64,000 nucleotides of DNA from an uncultured Chlorobiaceae bacterium (GCA_903917955.1 CAIXCO010000280.1:3450-67449); one strand, 5' to 3'. Counted from the first letter of the stretch, positions 1-13,486 are shown. Translations and numbers: made by a program. The notes: a model not told the origin generated them from the sequence alone.

Positions 1-674
1 GATAGTGCACTTTGCGCATCTTCATAGAGAGAGGCCTGCAAGGCATCATCCGGCACGGTAACGAGACCCTTGGCTACCTGTCGGTGGAGGATGGTTTTTG
101 GCTCAACAGAGAGCATATAGAGCGAAAGATGGTGGGGGCGCAGTGCCAGAGCCTCATGCAGATCGGCCTGCCAGAGTGAACCATTCTCTCCGGGAACCCC
201 GCAGATAAGGTCAACGCTTACCGACTCAAAGCGCCGGAGTGCATCGGCGGTCACCCGGCTCGCCTGGAGTGCCGTGTGCGCCCGGCCAAGCGCATGGAGC
301 TTTTCTGTGGTAAACGACTGCACTCCAATACTGAGCCTCGTTATCCCTGCCGACCTGAGTTCATCCATTGTCTTGAGGCTGAGATCTTCAGGATTGGCCT
401 CAAGGGCTATTTCAATATCAGGAGCGAAGCTGCAAAGAGCCGCAAGCTCCTCAAGCCATAGGGCAAGGTAGCGCACAGGCACCATCGACGGAGTGCCTCC
501 ACCAACATGAATAGCGCTGATAGTCTGCCCTTTCAGCTCCTCCGACCGGGATACAGTTTCAAGGGAGAGTGCGCTGAAAAAAGCTGCGATCTGCTCCCTG
601 CCTGTAACCAGATAAAAATCACAATAGGAGCAGCGCGCCTTGCAGAAGGGGATGTGCAGATAAAGGGTCAGCAT
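1..674 (-). CDS. hemW: Radical SAM heme chaperone HemW / HemN-like protein (runs off left edge)
   Basis: Manual translation from ATG at 674: MLTLYLHIPFCKARCSYCDF (CxxxCxxC), then GGGTPS. Not in the ORF track because it is truncated by the window. Confidence 0.85.
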   Translation of the reverse strand, partial: MLTLYLHIPFCKARCSYCDFYLVTGREQIAAFFSALSLETVSRSEELKGQTISAIHVGGGTPSMVPVRYLALWLEELAALCSFAPDIEIALEANPEDLSLKTMDELRSAGITRLSIGVQSFTTEKLHALGRAHTALQASRVTADALRRFESVSVDLICGVPGENGSLWQADLHEALALRPHHLSLYMLSVEPKTILHRQVAKGLVTVPDDALQASLYEDAQSAL

Positions 675-710
675 AACCTGAACATACTGACATGATGAAG
701 CAAAACAAGA

Positions 711-1301
711 TCAGGAGCGGGCAAGGATATACTCCGTAACGGCTTGATAGAGATCGTCCGCCACAAATTCGGGAATGATGTTACGAGTCAGGCAGAGCGC
801 CTCTTCGTTATGGCCGGTACGAACCAGCACAGGCCGAAGCCCGGCACGCAGGCCGCACTCAACGTCAAGTGTTTTATCTCCGACAAAAAATGAAGCGCTT
901 CGGTCAACAACGATCCCTTCTTTCAAAAAATCGTTGATGGCCAGTTCAACCATCCCCGTTGCCGGTTTGCGGAAATCAGCAAAACGGTCGTACTCTGGAT
1001 GAGGGTATTCGGGGTGAAAGGGACAGTAATAACAACGGTCAAAGCTGGCATTTTTGGACGCAAGCAGCTTGTTGAGATAACGGTTTACCTCTTCAACCTG
1101 CCCAACCGTAGCAATGCCTCTGGCAATCCCCGCCTGATTACTCACAATGACAATGCGAAATCCGGCTCTCTTTGCCAATGCAATAGCCTCATCTGAGCGA
1201 TCAATCAGCTTCAACTGTTCTTTCAAAAAAACGTATGAGCCTGTGTCCTGGTTGATAGTGCCATCCCTGTCAAGAAAGAGCACCCTGGTTTTCTGCTCCA
1301 T
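711..1301 (-). CDS. gmhB: D-glycero-D-manno-heptose-1,7-bisphosphate phosphatase (HAD IIIA)
   Basis: FLDRDGTIN, SNQAGIARG, YYCPFHP, RKPATGM, VGDK..DV motifs. Confidence 0.85.
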   Translation of the reverse strand: MEQKTRVLFLDRDGTINQDTGSYVFLKEQLKLIDRSDEAIALAKRAGFRIVIVSNQAGIARGIATVGQVEEVNRYLNKLLASKNASFDRCYYCPFHPEYPHPEYDRFADFRKPATGMVELAINDFLKEGIVVDRSASFFVGDKTLDVECGLRAGLRPVLVRTGHNEEALCLTRNIIPEFVADDLYQAVTEYILARS

Positions 1302-1307
1302 AAAAGA

Positions 1308-2777
1308 CTATTGTTCAAGAAGTTCACGGTACAACTGATCATACTCTTCAGCCGATTTTTTCCAGGTAAAGTCGCGGGTCATGGCTGTCGTAATAATCTG
1401 CTGCCAACTTTCATCATCATGAAAAGAAGCAAGAGCCTCTTCAAGCTTGCCAACCAGCGAATCGGCAGTATAATCATGAAAAATAAATCCGGAGCCACTC
1501 TCTTCGGCACACTCTTCGATGGTTTCTACAATTCCTCCTCCGGCAAAGGCGACCGGTATTGTCCCGTAATTCATGGCAAACATCTGGATCATGCCACATG
1601 ATTCAATCATGCCCGGCATGAGCAGAATATCGAGCCCCGCAACGGCAAGGTGAAAAAAAGAGTCGGAATATTCGCCATGATAGCTCACCTGCTCAGGATG
1701 CTCCAGTGCAAAATCCTGGAATTTTTTTTCGTACTTATTATCACCTGCGCCACTGATCACAAGCTGAATATCAAGAGCTGCAAGCTGCTCAAGACTCTGC
1801 TGCAACAGTCCGGCTCCCTGAAACTCGTCAAAGTTGATAATCACTCCCACCACAGGAACGCCTTCGGTGTACTGAAGACCAGCCTCTGCAAGCAATGCTT
1901 TTTTGTTGTCAAGCTTGCCATCCATGTGCTCATTACTGTACCGCTTCTTGATGAGCTTGTCCGTCGAGGGGTTCCACTGCCGGGTATCGATACCGTTCAC
2001 AATGCCATAAAACTTTGCCTGCTGCTCCTCAAGAACCCGTCCAAGCCCGTAGGTCTTCTGGCCATCATGCACAATTTCCTCGGCATAAAGTTTAGAGGTC
2101 GTGGTCAAAAGGTCGGCATGTTCAACGCCGGTATAGAGCAGATTAACCTCATCGTCATTGCAATGCAGAGCGGAGCAAACCTCTTCAGGAAGCAGCTTCT
2201 GAAATGCCTTAAGGGGAAGAATTCCCTGACGATAAATATTATGAACGGTAAAAACCGTTTTTACATCTTTGAAAAACTCATGAGAGGCATAAACCGTTTT
2301 TAAAAGAAGGGGAATAAGGGCAGCATGCCAGTCGTGACAATGGATAATATCAGGTTTCCAGCCAAGCCGTTGCAGAGTCTCAAGCACGCCAACATTGAAA
2401 AAAACAACCTTGTCGGCACTCCCTTTCAAATCACTTCCGTTGTCTCTATCGGTAAAAAGACCGTTACGCTTAAAATATTTTTCGTTATACAGGAAATAGG
2501 TCTGGATCTTGCTTGAAGGCAACGCCGTCACCTTGACATGCAGCAAATCGATTTTCTCCTTGAGATCGACCTCAATGTCGGAAAGACGCAGAACATCATG
2601 CAACCGGAATTTACGGTCATTGATTGTACCGTACTTCGGCATCATGATGCGGGCCTCAAATCCTTCCTCCTCAATAGCTTGGGGGAATGATGCCATAAAA
2701 TCAGCAAGAGGGCTGATCCTTACAAAAGGAGAGACTTCACCGGAGACATAAAGAACTTTAAAATTTCGTCTGGACAT
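1308..2777 (-). CDS. glgA: Glycogen synthase-like protein (GT5) with degenerate ADP-glucose-binding motifs
   Basis: PDIIHCHDWH, TVHNI.YQG, GIVNGID..WNP, AM.YGTIPV, DFTWKKSA.EY; KxGG loop replaced by RISP. Confidence 0.75.
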   Translation of the reverse strand: MSRRNFKVLYVSGEVSPFVRISPLADFMASFPQAIEEEGFEARIMMPKYGTINDRKFRLHDVLRLSDIEVDLKEKIDLLHVKVTALPSSKIQTYFLYNEKYFKRNGLFTDRDNGSDLKGSADKVVFFNVGVLETLQRLGWKPDIIHCHDWHAALIPLLLKTVYASHEFFKDVKTVFTVHNIYRQGILPLKAFQKLLPEEVCSALHCNDDEVNLLYTGVEHADLLTTTSKLYAEEIVHDGQKTYGLGRVLEEQQAKFYGIVNGIDTRQWNPSTDKLIKKRYSNEHMDGKLDNKKALLAEAGLQYTEGVPVVGVIINFDEFQGAGLLQQSLEQLAALDIQLVISGAGDNKYEKKFQDFALEHPEQVSYHGEYSDSFFHLAVAGLDILLMPGMIESCGMIQMFAMNYGTIPVAFAGGGIVETIEECAEESGSGFIFHDYTADSLVGKLEEALASFHDDESWQQIITTAMTRDFTWKKSAEEYDQLYRELLEQ

Positions 2778-2902
2778 CTATATGACACTCAATCTATAAT
2801 TTTTCATGAAAAGCTTTCATAGAACTACATTAGTTTCTAATTTACGAATTTTCACAGTCACATACAATCAAGCCTCACTCACCAAGGAACCAAAGGATTT
2901 TC

Positions 2903-4021
2903 ATGCAGACGGCCTCCCGCATCACAAATTTCTTCCTTATTCCCCTGCTTTGGCTTGCCAGCGGTTGCGCTTCCGATCGGCCACCTTCGGGAGGCCCTGT
3001 TGATGCAACTCCGTTGCAGGTGCTCTTTTCTGATCCTGCGCCATCAACTGTTCAGGTCTCAACAGAGAGAATTCACTTGACGTTCAACCATGACATTTCC
3101 GTTCGGGAACTGCTCAATACCGTCATCATTTCGCCATCTATCGGTGACTACGATATTGCCATTTCTGGAAGAAAAATGGAAATAAAAGGGTTCAAACCTC
3201 TGGAACGGGAGAAAACCTACATTCTCACCCTCGACAAAAAGCTCAGGGACAACAATGGCCGCACCTTTAGCGCACCCTATACTTTTGCATTTTCGACTGG
3301 AGCGGTTCTCGATAACGAAACAATCAGCGGTACGGTGATCGAGAAAGAGTGTTCCCCAGCCACGAATGCGCTGATAGTTGCTTTTGCCGAACACCCGGAA
3401 AACTCCGGTATCGGAAACCTGCTGCAAAGAGAGCCTGATTATTGGACACAGGCAGACGGCTCAGGAGCCTTCTCGTTGCAACATCTGGCCAAAGGAGTCT
3501 ACCGGATTGTTGCTTTTAACGACCAAAATGGGGACCGGCGTATCAACACAGCAACCGAAGAGATTGGCCTCTGCAGTAAAGCGGTTGTTTCCACAGGCTC
3601 TTCCGATCTCCTGCTCAGATTTTCCGAACTGAGGCACAAAAGCGGTGCCCCTCCATCCATACCAAACGGCAAAGTAACTGCCCCTGCTGCAACCGGTACC
3701 ATTTCGGGAAACTGCCTTGCCTCCGGGCAATACGTGGTTGTTGATGCGTCAAGTGTGACGGCATCATACCGCACAACGGCATCACGCGACCAAAACGGCG
3801 CCTTGCACTACTCCTTCCCGGAACTCCCTCCCGCCCGCTATACCCTCACCGCATTTACACCCTCCGACGGCAAAAAGCCCAATGCTGAACGGCAATGGAA
3901 TCCCGGTTCCATCGAGCCATTTCAACCCTCCGAACCCTTCGGATTTTATCCGGAAAAGGTAACCGTACGTCCGCGATGGACAACAGAGCATATCGATATT
4001 CGAATCACCACGTCCAAGTAA
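2903..4021 (+). CDS. Lipoprotein with Ig-like (Big_5-type) and carboxypeptidase-regulatory-like domains
   Basis: Lipobox LASGC, then P.GGP.D..P N-terminus and YILTL...LRD.NG..F..PYTFAFSTG. Confidence 0.7.
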   Translation: MQTASRITNFFLIPLLWLASGCASDRPPSGGPVDATPLQVLFSDPAPSTVQVSTERIHLTFNHDISVRELLNTVIISPSIGDYDIAISGRKMEIKGFKPLEREKTYILTLDKKLRDNNGRTFSAPYTFAFSTGAVLDNETISGTVIEKECSPATNALIVAFAEHPENSGIGNLLQREPDYWTQADGSGAFSLQHLAKGVYRIVAFNDQNGDRRINTATEEIGLCSKAVVSTGSSDLLLRFSELRHKSGAPPSIPNGKVTAPAATGTISGNCLASGQYVVVDASSVTASYRTTASRDQNGALHYSFPELPPARYTLTAFTPSDGKKPNAERQWNPGSIEPFQPSEPFGFYPEKVTVRPRWTTEHIDIRITTSK

Positions 4022-4041
4022 TAAAACCAATGCTTTCCACG

Positions 4042-4608
4042 ATGAACACATCTTCCAGAATAGGCCCTAATTCCATTATCCAGACAGTCGCAGCCCTTGA
4101 GGCACTCTATGGTAAAACAAAAGCTGAAACGCTCCTCCGCAAAATCGGGCAAGGGTACCTTATTGAAAACCTGCCGAAAGAGATGGTAGAAGAGGCGAAA
4201 TTTCACTCACTTGTCATTGCTCTGCAAAAAGAGATCGGAGAGACTTCCGCTATCCTTAAAGAGGCTGGCGAACGAACCGCCCGTTATCTTCTGAAGGTGC
4301 GTATTCCCTTCATTTTCCAGAAATTTCTGAAACTTTTGCCACACCGCCTGGCATTCCGGCTCTTCCTCTTCGCCATCAGCAAAAACGCCTGGACTTTTGC
4401 CGGAAGCGGTGAATTCACCTACTCCATGAACCAACCGCCAGAAATAACCGTCAAGGTAATCTTCCCGAGCCATCCGGTTGTCGGAAACTTCTACCTTGGC
4501 ACCTTCACCACACTCTTGCAAGAGTTGGTCAACCCAGCAACAAAGATCAAACCCGACATAAACAAGGTGGACGGAAAGATACGATGCCACTATCAATGTG
4601 AAATTTGA
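4042..4608 (+). CDS. bchJ: Bacteriochlorophyll biosynthesis protein BchJ (V4R family)
   Basis: RIGPNSIIQ, AGERTARYLL..RIP, AISKNAWTFAGSGEF; start moved to ATG 4042 (4030 also possible). Confidence 0.9.
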   Translation: MNTSSRIGPNSIIQTVAALEALYGKTKAETLLRKIGQGYLIENLPKEMVEEAKFHSLVIALQKEIGETSAILKEAGERTARYLLKVRIPFIFQKFLKLLPHRLAFRLFLFAISKNAWTFAGSGEFTYSMNQPPEITVKVIFPSHPVVGNFYLGTFTTLLQELVNPATKIKPDINKVDGKIRCHYQCEI

Positions 4609-4621
4609 GATAATGCAATGC

Positions 4622-4650
4622 AAAAAGGCAGCCCTAAAGCTGCCTTTTTT
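4622..4650. terminator. Bidirectional intrinsic terminator between convergent bchJ and bchL
   Basis: AAAAAGGCAGC-cctaaa-GCTGCCTTTTTT inverted repeat with A/T tails on both sides. Confidence 0.85.
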
Positions 4651-4670
4651 GTACAATGTAAAAGCCAGAG

Positions 4671-5498
4671 CTACTGCCAGCCGTTAACCATTTTGAAGAT
4701 TTCCCTGTCACCGATTGGTACGGGTACTGAGGCAATGGGGTTCTCCTGAATGAGGTAATCGGCAATTTCATTGTAGGGTACAAGGCACTCCGCCTTATCA
4801 GAAGTATCGTCCATGGCATACATGGTTTTGCCGGCAAATCGGCTCTTGCGGATCAGTTCGTGGTAGGGCACTTTTGCAAGCAGCCTTGTTCCAACTTTTT
4901 CGGCAAACTGGTCGAGCATGTTGGTGCCTCCGCCAGTGGTGTAGTCAACGCGGTTGGCAACAATGCCTGCCAGCTTCACCTTGTAGCGGACGCTTTTCTG
5001 CTGAATCGCCATACAGAGACGGTTGGCAGCAAAAATGCTGTCGAAATCGTTGGTGGCAATAATGATGGCGTAGTCGGCATAGTTCAGCGGGGCGCTGAAA
5101 CCTCCGCAAACAACGTCACCAAGCACATCAAAAAGGATAACATCATATTTTTCGTAAAGACCAAGCTCCTGGAGCAGGGTAACAGATTCACCGACAACAT
5201 AACCACCGCAGCCGCTTCCAGCAGGAGGGCCACCAGCCTCAAGACAATCGATACCGGCAAAACCCGTTTCGATAATATCCTCGGCACTCAGCTCCTCATG
5301 GTGAAAATCAACCTCTTCAAGAGCTTCGATAACGGTTTTCTGCAGTTTTCCTGTAATGGGGAATGTGCTGTCATGCTTGGGATCACAACCGATCTGGAGT
5401 ACCTTGGCACCTTTCAGGGCAAGTGCCGCTGAGATGTTGGCGCTTGTGGTGCTCTTTCCTATGCCGCCCTTGCCATATACCGCTAAGACTAAACTCAT
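4671..5498 (-). CDS. bchL: Dark-operative protochlorophyllide reductase Fe protein
   Basis: [39 protein letters not shown]; start at MSLVLAVY. Confidence 0.97.
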   Translation of the reverse strand: MSLVLAVYGKGGIGKSTTSANISAALALKGAKVLQIGCDPKHDSTFPITGKLQKTVIEALEEVDFHHEELSAEDIIETGFAGIDCLEAGGPPAGSGCGGYVVGESVTLLQELGLYEKYDVILFDVLGDVVCGGFSAPLNYADYAIIIATNDFDSIFAANRLCMAIQQKSVRYKVKLAGIVANRVDYTTGGGTNMLDQFAEKVGTRLLAKVPYHELIRKSRFAGKTMYAMDDTSDKAECLVPYNEIADYLIQENPIASVPVPIGDREIFKMVNGWQ

Positions 5499-5532
5499 AA
5501 TGATAACAGAGAATTTGATTGATAGAAAAATC

Positions 5533-7134
5533 TTACCCGCCAAGCGACTCTTTTGCCTGCCGGAACACCTCTACAGAGACCATGGTGTCACCGTTACCCC
5601 GGGCAAAGGTTTCTGTGTTCTTCCGCACTTTTTTACGAACAAAGAAGGGCACCTTCTTGAGCATGGTTTCTGCCTCATCGCTCCACTTCATCTCTCCCTC
5701 CTCTGCAATCGTCACAACATCGGCTGCGACCTCCGGTGATAGATGGTCATTACTGGCAGACGGCTGTGGCTCTTCAGGGGATACGGATGCTTCGCTCTCC
5801 TCATATTCAAGACCAGCGTCACCGAAAAAGTCGATAAGATGCTTTTCGAGGCCAAGTTTGCAGGAGAGATAGACCCTGTCGGCAATAACATCGGCACCAT
5901 CAAAACCAAAGAAGGGGTAGTAACCGAGCAGATGATTTTCAATATGGGTCGGTGGACAGACCACCATGCAGGGAACATCGAGCTTGCGGCAACTGTGACG
6001 CTCCATCTGTGTGCCACAAACCAGGTCAGGCATTTGATCGTCGATGATTTGTGCAACATCCTGGAACTTGTCGGTGACAATGAGTGCTCCGGGAAGGTAG
6101 CCCTCAAGCTCCTTGCGTACCCAATCGGCGTGACGCTCCAGATAGGTACCAGCACCGATAATCTGCATACCGAGTTCGTCGCGCAAAAACTTTACAAGGG
6201 CAACGGTATGGGTCGCGTCTCCAAAAACAAAGGCGCGTTTGTTGCTGAAACTCTCCATGTCGGCTGTTCGGGCAAACCAGGGCACACCGCTTGGGGCACT
6301 CTGGCCGTCAAGCGAAAATTCGTGCATCTTGGGCATGGCAATCAGGGGAACTCCCCGTTCAGCACCTGCCGCATTCAGCTTCTCGATCAGGGAGCGGAGC
6401 CATGCAAGCGTGGGCTCGACCCCGATCGGAGCTTCGTAGAGAGCTGGCATATCGAAGGTGTCAGCAAGATATTCCGCCGCCGTTGTCCCAATTTCGCGAT
6501 AAGGGGCGATATTAAGCCAAGCGGCTGGCAGTTTCCGAAGATCGTCAATGCTGGCTCCCCATGGGGCAACAACGTTGACCGCAATGCCAAGCGTCTGCAA
6601 CATGCGCCGGATGCTTGTCAAGTTGGCACGCAAATGAAAACCAAGTGAGGTAAAGCCAAGCAGGTTCACTGAAGGCTGCGCTGTTTTCTCCTGGGCAACG
6701 GCATAGCGTTTCACCAGTTCGGTCAACAAGCCGTCAGCCGCTTCGTTTTCCGATACCCTGAAGGGGTTCAGCGCATAGACCAGAATTTTTTCCTTTGGTA
6801 AACCTGAATGGGCTGCCAGTTGATGAAGATCTTCCTGGAGAAGAGCCGTGCTGCAGCTCGGCGCAATAACGATAAGTTCAGGATTGTAGTGGTGATCGAC
6901 CTGCTGAAGTGTTGCGGGAAGTCTCGATACTCCCTGGGCAAGGTCTCTTCCACGAACCACACTGATCGACAAGCCGGGAAATTGCGGGGTTCGTTCAAGC
7001 ATGGTATAGGTTGCCGTGATGTAATCATCTCCCTGGGGAGCATGATAGACGGTATGAACCCCTTTCATACTGTTGGTAACGCGGCTGATACCATGGAGGG
7101 CAGTGCCCTCGTAGAGCCAGAAAGCTAAGCGCAT
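5533..7134 (-). CDS. bchB: DPOR subunit B
   Basis: [26 protein letters not shown]-terminal PCP_red domain ([15 protein letters not shown]). Confidence 0.97.
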   Translation of the reverse strand: MRLAFWLYEGTALHGISRVTNSMKGVHTVYHAPQGDDYITATYTMLERTPQFPGLSISVVRGRDLAQGVSRLPATLQQVDHHYNPELIVIAPSCSTALLQEDLHQLAAHSGLPKEKILVYALNPFRVSENEAADGLLTELVKRYAVAQEKTAQPSVNLLGFTSLGFHLRANLTSIRRMLQTLGIAVNVVAPWGASIDDLRKLPAAWLNIAPYREIGTTAAEYLADTFDMPALYEAPIGVEPTLAWLRSLIEKLNAAGAERGVPLIAMPKMHEFSLDGQSAPSGVPWFARTADMESFSNKRAFVFGDATHTVALVKFLRDELGMQIIGAGTYLERHADWVRKELEGYLPGALIVTDKFQDVAQIIDDQMPDLVCGTQMERHSCRKLDVPCMVVCPPTHIENHLLGYYPFFGFDGADVIADRVYLSCKLGLEKHLIDFFGDAGLEYEESEASVSPEEPQPSASNDHLSPEVAADVVTIAEEGEMKWSDEAETMLKKVPFFVRKKVRKNTETFARGNGDTMVSVEVFRQAKESLGG

Positions 7135-7175
7135 ACTCTTGTGTCGTTTGTTTATTGCATTTTCGGGTCGGTGAA

Positions 7176-8438
7176 TTATTCAGCGCTCGGCATGACTCCT
7201 TCAAGCCAGACCTCCCGGTCGAACGCTGGCAACTTGCTGCGGCGCTGGAGCGGTGAAACGAACATGTTGGCCAGAGTAACAACTCCCGACCAACTGTGAA
7301 TGGACATCAGCATGAATTCCATGCTCCACTTCACAACAAAACCGTTGCCAACAAAAGGGTTGGCCGTCATCAGCGAAGTGATGATCAAGTCGGGCTGGAT
7401 GCGGCGGACATCCTCCAGTTGACGATGAAAATTTGGCTGCTCAACGACGCGAACACCATCAAGAGCCTCAAGTTCTCGCGCATGAAATTTTTTGTTGATA
7501 TAGGCACTGCTGCATTCGACCACATCGGCCCCGGCACTGTGGAGAAAACGTGCAAGCGGCAATTCCATCATAGTATCGGCGGTCAAAAAAACTTTTTTGC
7601 CTTTAAGAAGCTCCGTCTGATTGCGGATCTTCTCCCATGCAGCTTTTTCACGGTCACGAAGATCGACAGTAATCCCGAATTCGCGGGCAAGATCCTCCCA
7701 GAAGGCTCGCGTACCATCGGGACCGAAAGGAAAGAGTGAATGAAGTACGCTGGCGCCGCGTTCACGGGCAAGCTTGACGGCAACCCTTGAAAGATAGGGT
7801 TGAATCGGTGCAAGAACGGTATCGGGGCCAATGGCTGGCATTTTGTCGAAACGGGACTCAGGAAGAAACCCGCCGACCGAAATTCCGAGCGCTTCGGCCT
7901 CTGCTCTGAGGTCATCAGCCGTCACGTCGTTGACCGAGCCAAGGAAAACCACGCTTTTCTGACCTGCCGGTGCTACGGGACAGAAAGGAACAAGAGCGGA
8001 GAGCACCGAGTCCTCTGCCTGGGTAAAATTATAGACCAGACCGCTTGCAGGCACAAAAAGTACCGGCACATCTGGCGTACTGAGCAGATGGGCAAGCCCC
8101 TTGAAATCAACCTTCATCACCTCGGGAGTACACGAAGAGAGAAGAAAAATCACCGATGGATTATGGTCGGCCTTGATTTCACGGATAATTTCCTCGAGGG
8201 TCGGTTCATTCTTTGAAAGATCGCCCTCCTCCATAAGGGCAATACCAAAGCGCGGCTTGGCAAAAATCATCATGCCGAGAGCATTCTGCAAAAAATGGGC
8301 GCAGGTATGTGTGCCAAGCACAAGAAAAAAGCTGTCCTTGATTTTCTGGTACATCCAGCCAACACAGGCAAGACCACAAAAACTATGCGTAACGTTATCT
8401 TCCTTGATAACCTGAATATCTCGGGAAAGCTGCATCAT
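7176..8438 (-). CDS. bchN: DPOR subunit N
   Basis: [25 protein letters not shown]; adjacent to bchB and bchL. Confidence 0.96.
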   Translation of the reverse strand: MMQLSRDIQVIKEDNVTHSFCGLACVGWMYQKIKDSFFLVLGTHTCAHFLQNALGMMIFAKPRFGIALMEEGDLSKNEPTLEEIIREIKADHNPSVIFLLSSCTPEVMKVDFKGLAHLLSTPDVPVLFVPASGLVYNFTQAEDSVLSALVPFCPVAPAGQKSVVFLGSVNDVTADDLRAEAEALGISVGGFLPESRFDKMPAIGPDTVLAPIQPYLSRVAVKLARERGASVLHSLFPFGPDGTRAFWEDLAREFGITVDLRDREKAAWEKIRNQTELLKGKKVFLTADTMMELPLARFLHSAGADVVECSSAYINKKFHARELEALDGVRVVEQPNFHRQLEDVRRIQPDLIITSLMTANPFVGNGFVVKWSMEFMLMSIHSWSGVVTLANMFVSPLQRRSKLPAFDREVWLEGVMPSAE

Positions 8439-8534
8439 GACTGTTTTCTTTTGAGAGTTACTGCCCGCAATAAAGCTGTGTTATAGATGCCAAACGTAAA
8501 GAGAGGTGAAGATAAAATATTTTCAGTAATCCCC

Positions 8535-8855
8535 CTACTCTTCCGCTCCCCTCGCCTGGACTATTTTCGCTTTGACTGAAGCACTTTTTTCGCCAAGGCG
8601 GACAGCCCGATCACGACGGTCATCAATCTTCATAACCGTATAGACACGCTTGCCGCCCTGACTGAACGAGTACTCATGAAGCTTTAGCGCGAGATCGAAC
8701 AGCAGGGGCGCCGGCCCTTCAACCGTCGTCCCCATATCGTGAAGCCTGAAACTGCAACCGCTTGCGGCAAGAAGCTCCTGTAATCCGGCAACAAAGCCGC
8801 TCAGGCTTCCCTCCTTGCTGTCGAGAGGAAGAACTGCGATATCCATCAATGCCAT
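8535..8855 (-). CDS. MTH1187 / thiamine-binding family protein
   Basis: IAVLPL, L..MGTTVEG, RVYTVMKIDDRRD. Confidence 0.85.
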   Translation of the reverse strand: MALMDIAVLPLDSKEGSLSGFVAGLQELLAASGCSFRLHDMGTTVEGPAPLLFDLALKLHEYSFSQGGKRVYTVMKIDDRRDRAVRLGEKSASVKAKIVQARGAEE

Positions 8856-8871
8856 AACAAGAGTGGTTTAT

Positions 8872-10769
<1,898 letters not shown>

Positions 10770-10913
10770 ACAAAAAGAGCGGTCACAAAAAAAGAGCTAT
10801 AAAAAAGGAAGCTAAAAACCTTGCGTTAAAAACCCAAATGTTTAACTTTCATCGGGCCATTCAGGCGTACTAGACCCTCATTTCACCATAAGAAAAAGGC
10901 AGAACAGCAGAAG

Positions 10914-12368
10914 ATGTCACTCTTCATTTATAACTCCCTCGGCAGAACAAAAGAGAAATTCGAACCCCTCCACCCGGGGATTGTAACCATGTATGTATGC
11001 GGGCCAACCGTCTATGGCCATGCCCACCTTGGCCATGCAAAAAGCTATGTCTCATTTGACGTAGTCGTTCGCTGGCTTCGCCATAGCGGGTACCGGGTCA
11101 AGTATGTGCAGAACATTACTGATGTGGGTCACCTGACTGATGACGCCGATGAAGGCGAGGACAAAATCATAAAACAGTCGCGCCTCGAACAAACCGACCC
11201 CATGGAAATTTCGCAGTTCTACACCCGAAGTTTCTATCATGATATGGATCAAATGGCGGTTCTTCGCCCCAATATTGCTCCCGCTGCCACAGCCCATATT
11301 CCCGAGCAGATTGCCCTGGTTGAGCGGTTGATAAAAACCGGCCACGCCTACGAGGTCAATGGGAACGTCTATTTCTCTGTCGCATCGTTTCCGGCCTATG
11401 GCAAACTTTCGGGACGCACTGACCAGGATGCACTGCAATCAGGTGCAAGGGTAGAGTTACGCTCCGAAAAACGCCACCCTTCCGATTTTGCACTCTGGAA
11501 AAAGGCCGATGAGCAGCACCTGATGAAATGGAACTCTCAATGGAGTCTCGGCTATCCCGGCTGGCATCTGGAGTGTTCGGCAATGTCGATGAAGTATCTT
11601 GGAGAGACGATTGATATTCACGGTGGAGGGATGGAGAACAAGTTTCCTCACCACGACTGTGAAATCGCCCAATCAGAATCGGTAACCGGCAAACCCTACG
11701 TCAGGTTCTGGATGCACAACAACATGGTGACCATCAATGGAATAAAAATGGGGAAGTCCCTGAAAAACTCTGTCAATTTGAACGAGATTTTCAACAATAT
11801 CGACCCGCTGGTCATCCGCTTCTTTATTTTGCAATCCCACTACCGATCACAACTTGATTATTCCGAAACCGCTATTAAGGCATCAGCAACCGGACTTGAA
11901 AAACTCCATGAGAGCCGGCGGCGACTTCGGGAACAAAGCCCGGGAAGCGGAACTTTCGAGAGTGCAGAATTCCTGCAACGCTTTACTGATGCAATGGATG
12001 ATGATTTCAACACTCCGATAGCCATTGCGGTGCTGTTCGACTTCTCCAAATCGCTGAACGCGGCCCTTGATCGTATCGAAGGCATATCAGAAAGCTCCCG
12101 GCAAGAGGCAGAGGCTTTTTTTGACAAAGCTGGGCGAGAGATTCTCGGTATAGTGCAGGACGGCGGCCAATCAGGAAACCGGGGTGAAGAATTAAGCGGC
12201 CAAAAACTCAACTGCGTGATGGAGATTCTGCTTGAACTGCGGGCTGATGCCAGAAAAAACAGGGATTTTTCCCTCAGCGACAAAATACGCGACCAGCTCC
12301 TTGATGCCGGAATCGAAATCAAGGATACAAAAGAGGGTGCGAGCTGGTCAATAAAAAATGGGCTCTAA
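10914..12368 (+). CDS. cysS: Cysteine--tRNA ligase
   Basis: YVCGPTVY, HLGH, GWHLECSAM, KMGKS. Confidence 0.98.
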   Translation: MSLFIYNSLGRTKEKFEPLHPGIVTMYVCGPTVYGHAHLGHAKSYVSFDVVVRWLRHSGYRVKYVQNITDVGHLTDDADEGEDKIIKQSRLEQTDPMEISQFYTRSFYHDMDQMAVLRPNIAPAATAHIPEQIALVERLIKTGHAYEVNGNVYFSVASFPAYGKLSGRTDQDALQSGARVELRSEKRHPSDFALWKKADEQHLMKWNSQWSLGYPGWHLECSAMSMKYLGETIDIHGGGMENKFPHHDCEIAQSESVTGKPYVRFWMHNNMVTINGIKMGKSLKNSVNLNEIFNNIDPLVIRFFILQSHYRSQLDYSETAIKASATGLEKLHESRRRLREQSPGSGTFESAEFLQRFTDAMDDDFNTPIAIAVLFDFSKSLNAALDRIEGISESSRQEAEAFFDKAGREILGIVQDGGQSGNRGEELSGQKLNCVMEILLELRADARKNRDFSLSDKIRDQLLDAGIEIKDTKEGASWSIKNGL

Positions 12369-13486
12369 AGGTACTCTTCAAGCCCTTCACGCCGAAGAGC
12401 GTCAACAACGTTACCTACCCGGTGCGAGTGCCCCTTGCTGCAAACAAGGAGTGCGTCATCGGTCTCGACAATGATCACATCACGAAGTCCTATGGTGCAG
12501 ACCACCTTCCCTGCCGTTTTTTTGACAAAAACATTATCGCAGTCGAGCTGCACCACCAGGCTGTCGGGCAACTCCCCTGCCACAGCATTGCGGTTACCGG
12601 CTACTTTGAGAACTTCATCCCAGCAGCCGAGATCAGACCAGCCAAATTCTCCCGCCAGCACAAAAACCGTTTCGGCCTTCTCCATGATGCCGTAATCAAT
12701 GGAGAGAGGATGAATCCAGGAGTAGACGTCTTCAATGACTTCACGCTCACTCTCCGATCCAAGGCTCTCGTAAATGGCAAGCAAATCCTTGTATAAATCG
12801 GGCATGGAACGCTCAAATTCCCTCTCTATGACATCAATGTGCCAAATAAAAACCCCGCTGTTCCAGTAAAAATCCTTGCTTTCCAGAAACTCGACCGCCG
12901 TCGCAGCGTCTGGCTTTTCAGCAAATGCTTTTACCCTGAAGAGCAAAAAATCGCACCGATCTGAAAAAGCCATCGGAATAGAACGCTGTGCGTCCACCTG
13001 AATATATCCGTAAGCAGTTTCTGGGCGATCGGCTGTAATGCCAATGGTTACAAGAGCTTTTTTTTCACTGGCGATCTCTATACCTGCCTCAAGAATTTTA
13101 ATAAAGGCCTCTTCATCAAGCACAAAATGGTCTGAAGGAAGCACAATGGTTATCGCATCGGGATCACGTTTTTTGATATGAGCCGTTGCAAGGGCAATGC
13201 AAGGAGCGGTATGGCGATGGGAGGGCTCAACGATGATGTTGTCTCGATTGAAACTGCCAAGAGAATCCGAAAGAATCGTTCGTCCCAACTCGCAGGTAAT
13301 GATGAAAATATTCTCCTCACGGACCAATGCGGAGATACGACGGACGGTTGTTGCGACCATTGTTCCATCGTCCAACAGATCAACAAATTGCTTTGGCATT
13401 TTTTTCCTTGAAAGGGGCCAAAGTTTTTTGCCTATCCCGCCCGCCATGATAACGGCATAGACATGCAGACTTGAACCATTACTCAT
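12365..13486 (-). CDS. manC: Mannose-1-phosphate guanylyltransferase
   Basis: IMAGG.G..LWPLSR...PKQF, PSDH, YGYI, WNSG, SIDYGIMEK, WSDLG.W. Confidence 0.9.
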   Translation of the reverse strand: MSNGSSLHVYAVIMAGGIGKKLWPLSRKKMPKQFVDLLDDGTMVATTVRRISALVREENIFIITCELGRTILSDSLGSFNRDNIIVEPSHRHTAPCIALATAHIKKRDPDAITIVLPSDHFVLDEEAFIKILEAGIEIASEKKALVTIGITADRPETAYGYIQVDAQRSIPMAFSDRCDFLLFRVKAFAEKPDAATAVEFLESKDFYWNSGVFIWHIDVIEREFERSMPDLYKDLLAIYESLGSESEREVIEDVYSWIHPLSIDYGIMEKAETVFVLAGEFGWSDLGCWDEVLKVAGNRNAVAGELPDSLVVQLDCDNVFVKKTAGKVVCTIGLRDVIIVETDDALLVCSKGHSHRVGNVVDALRREGLEEYL

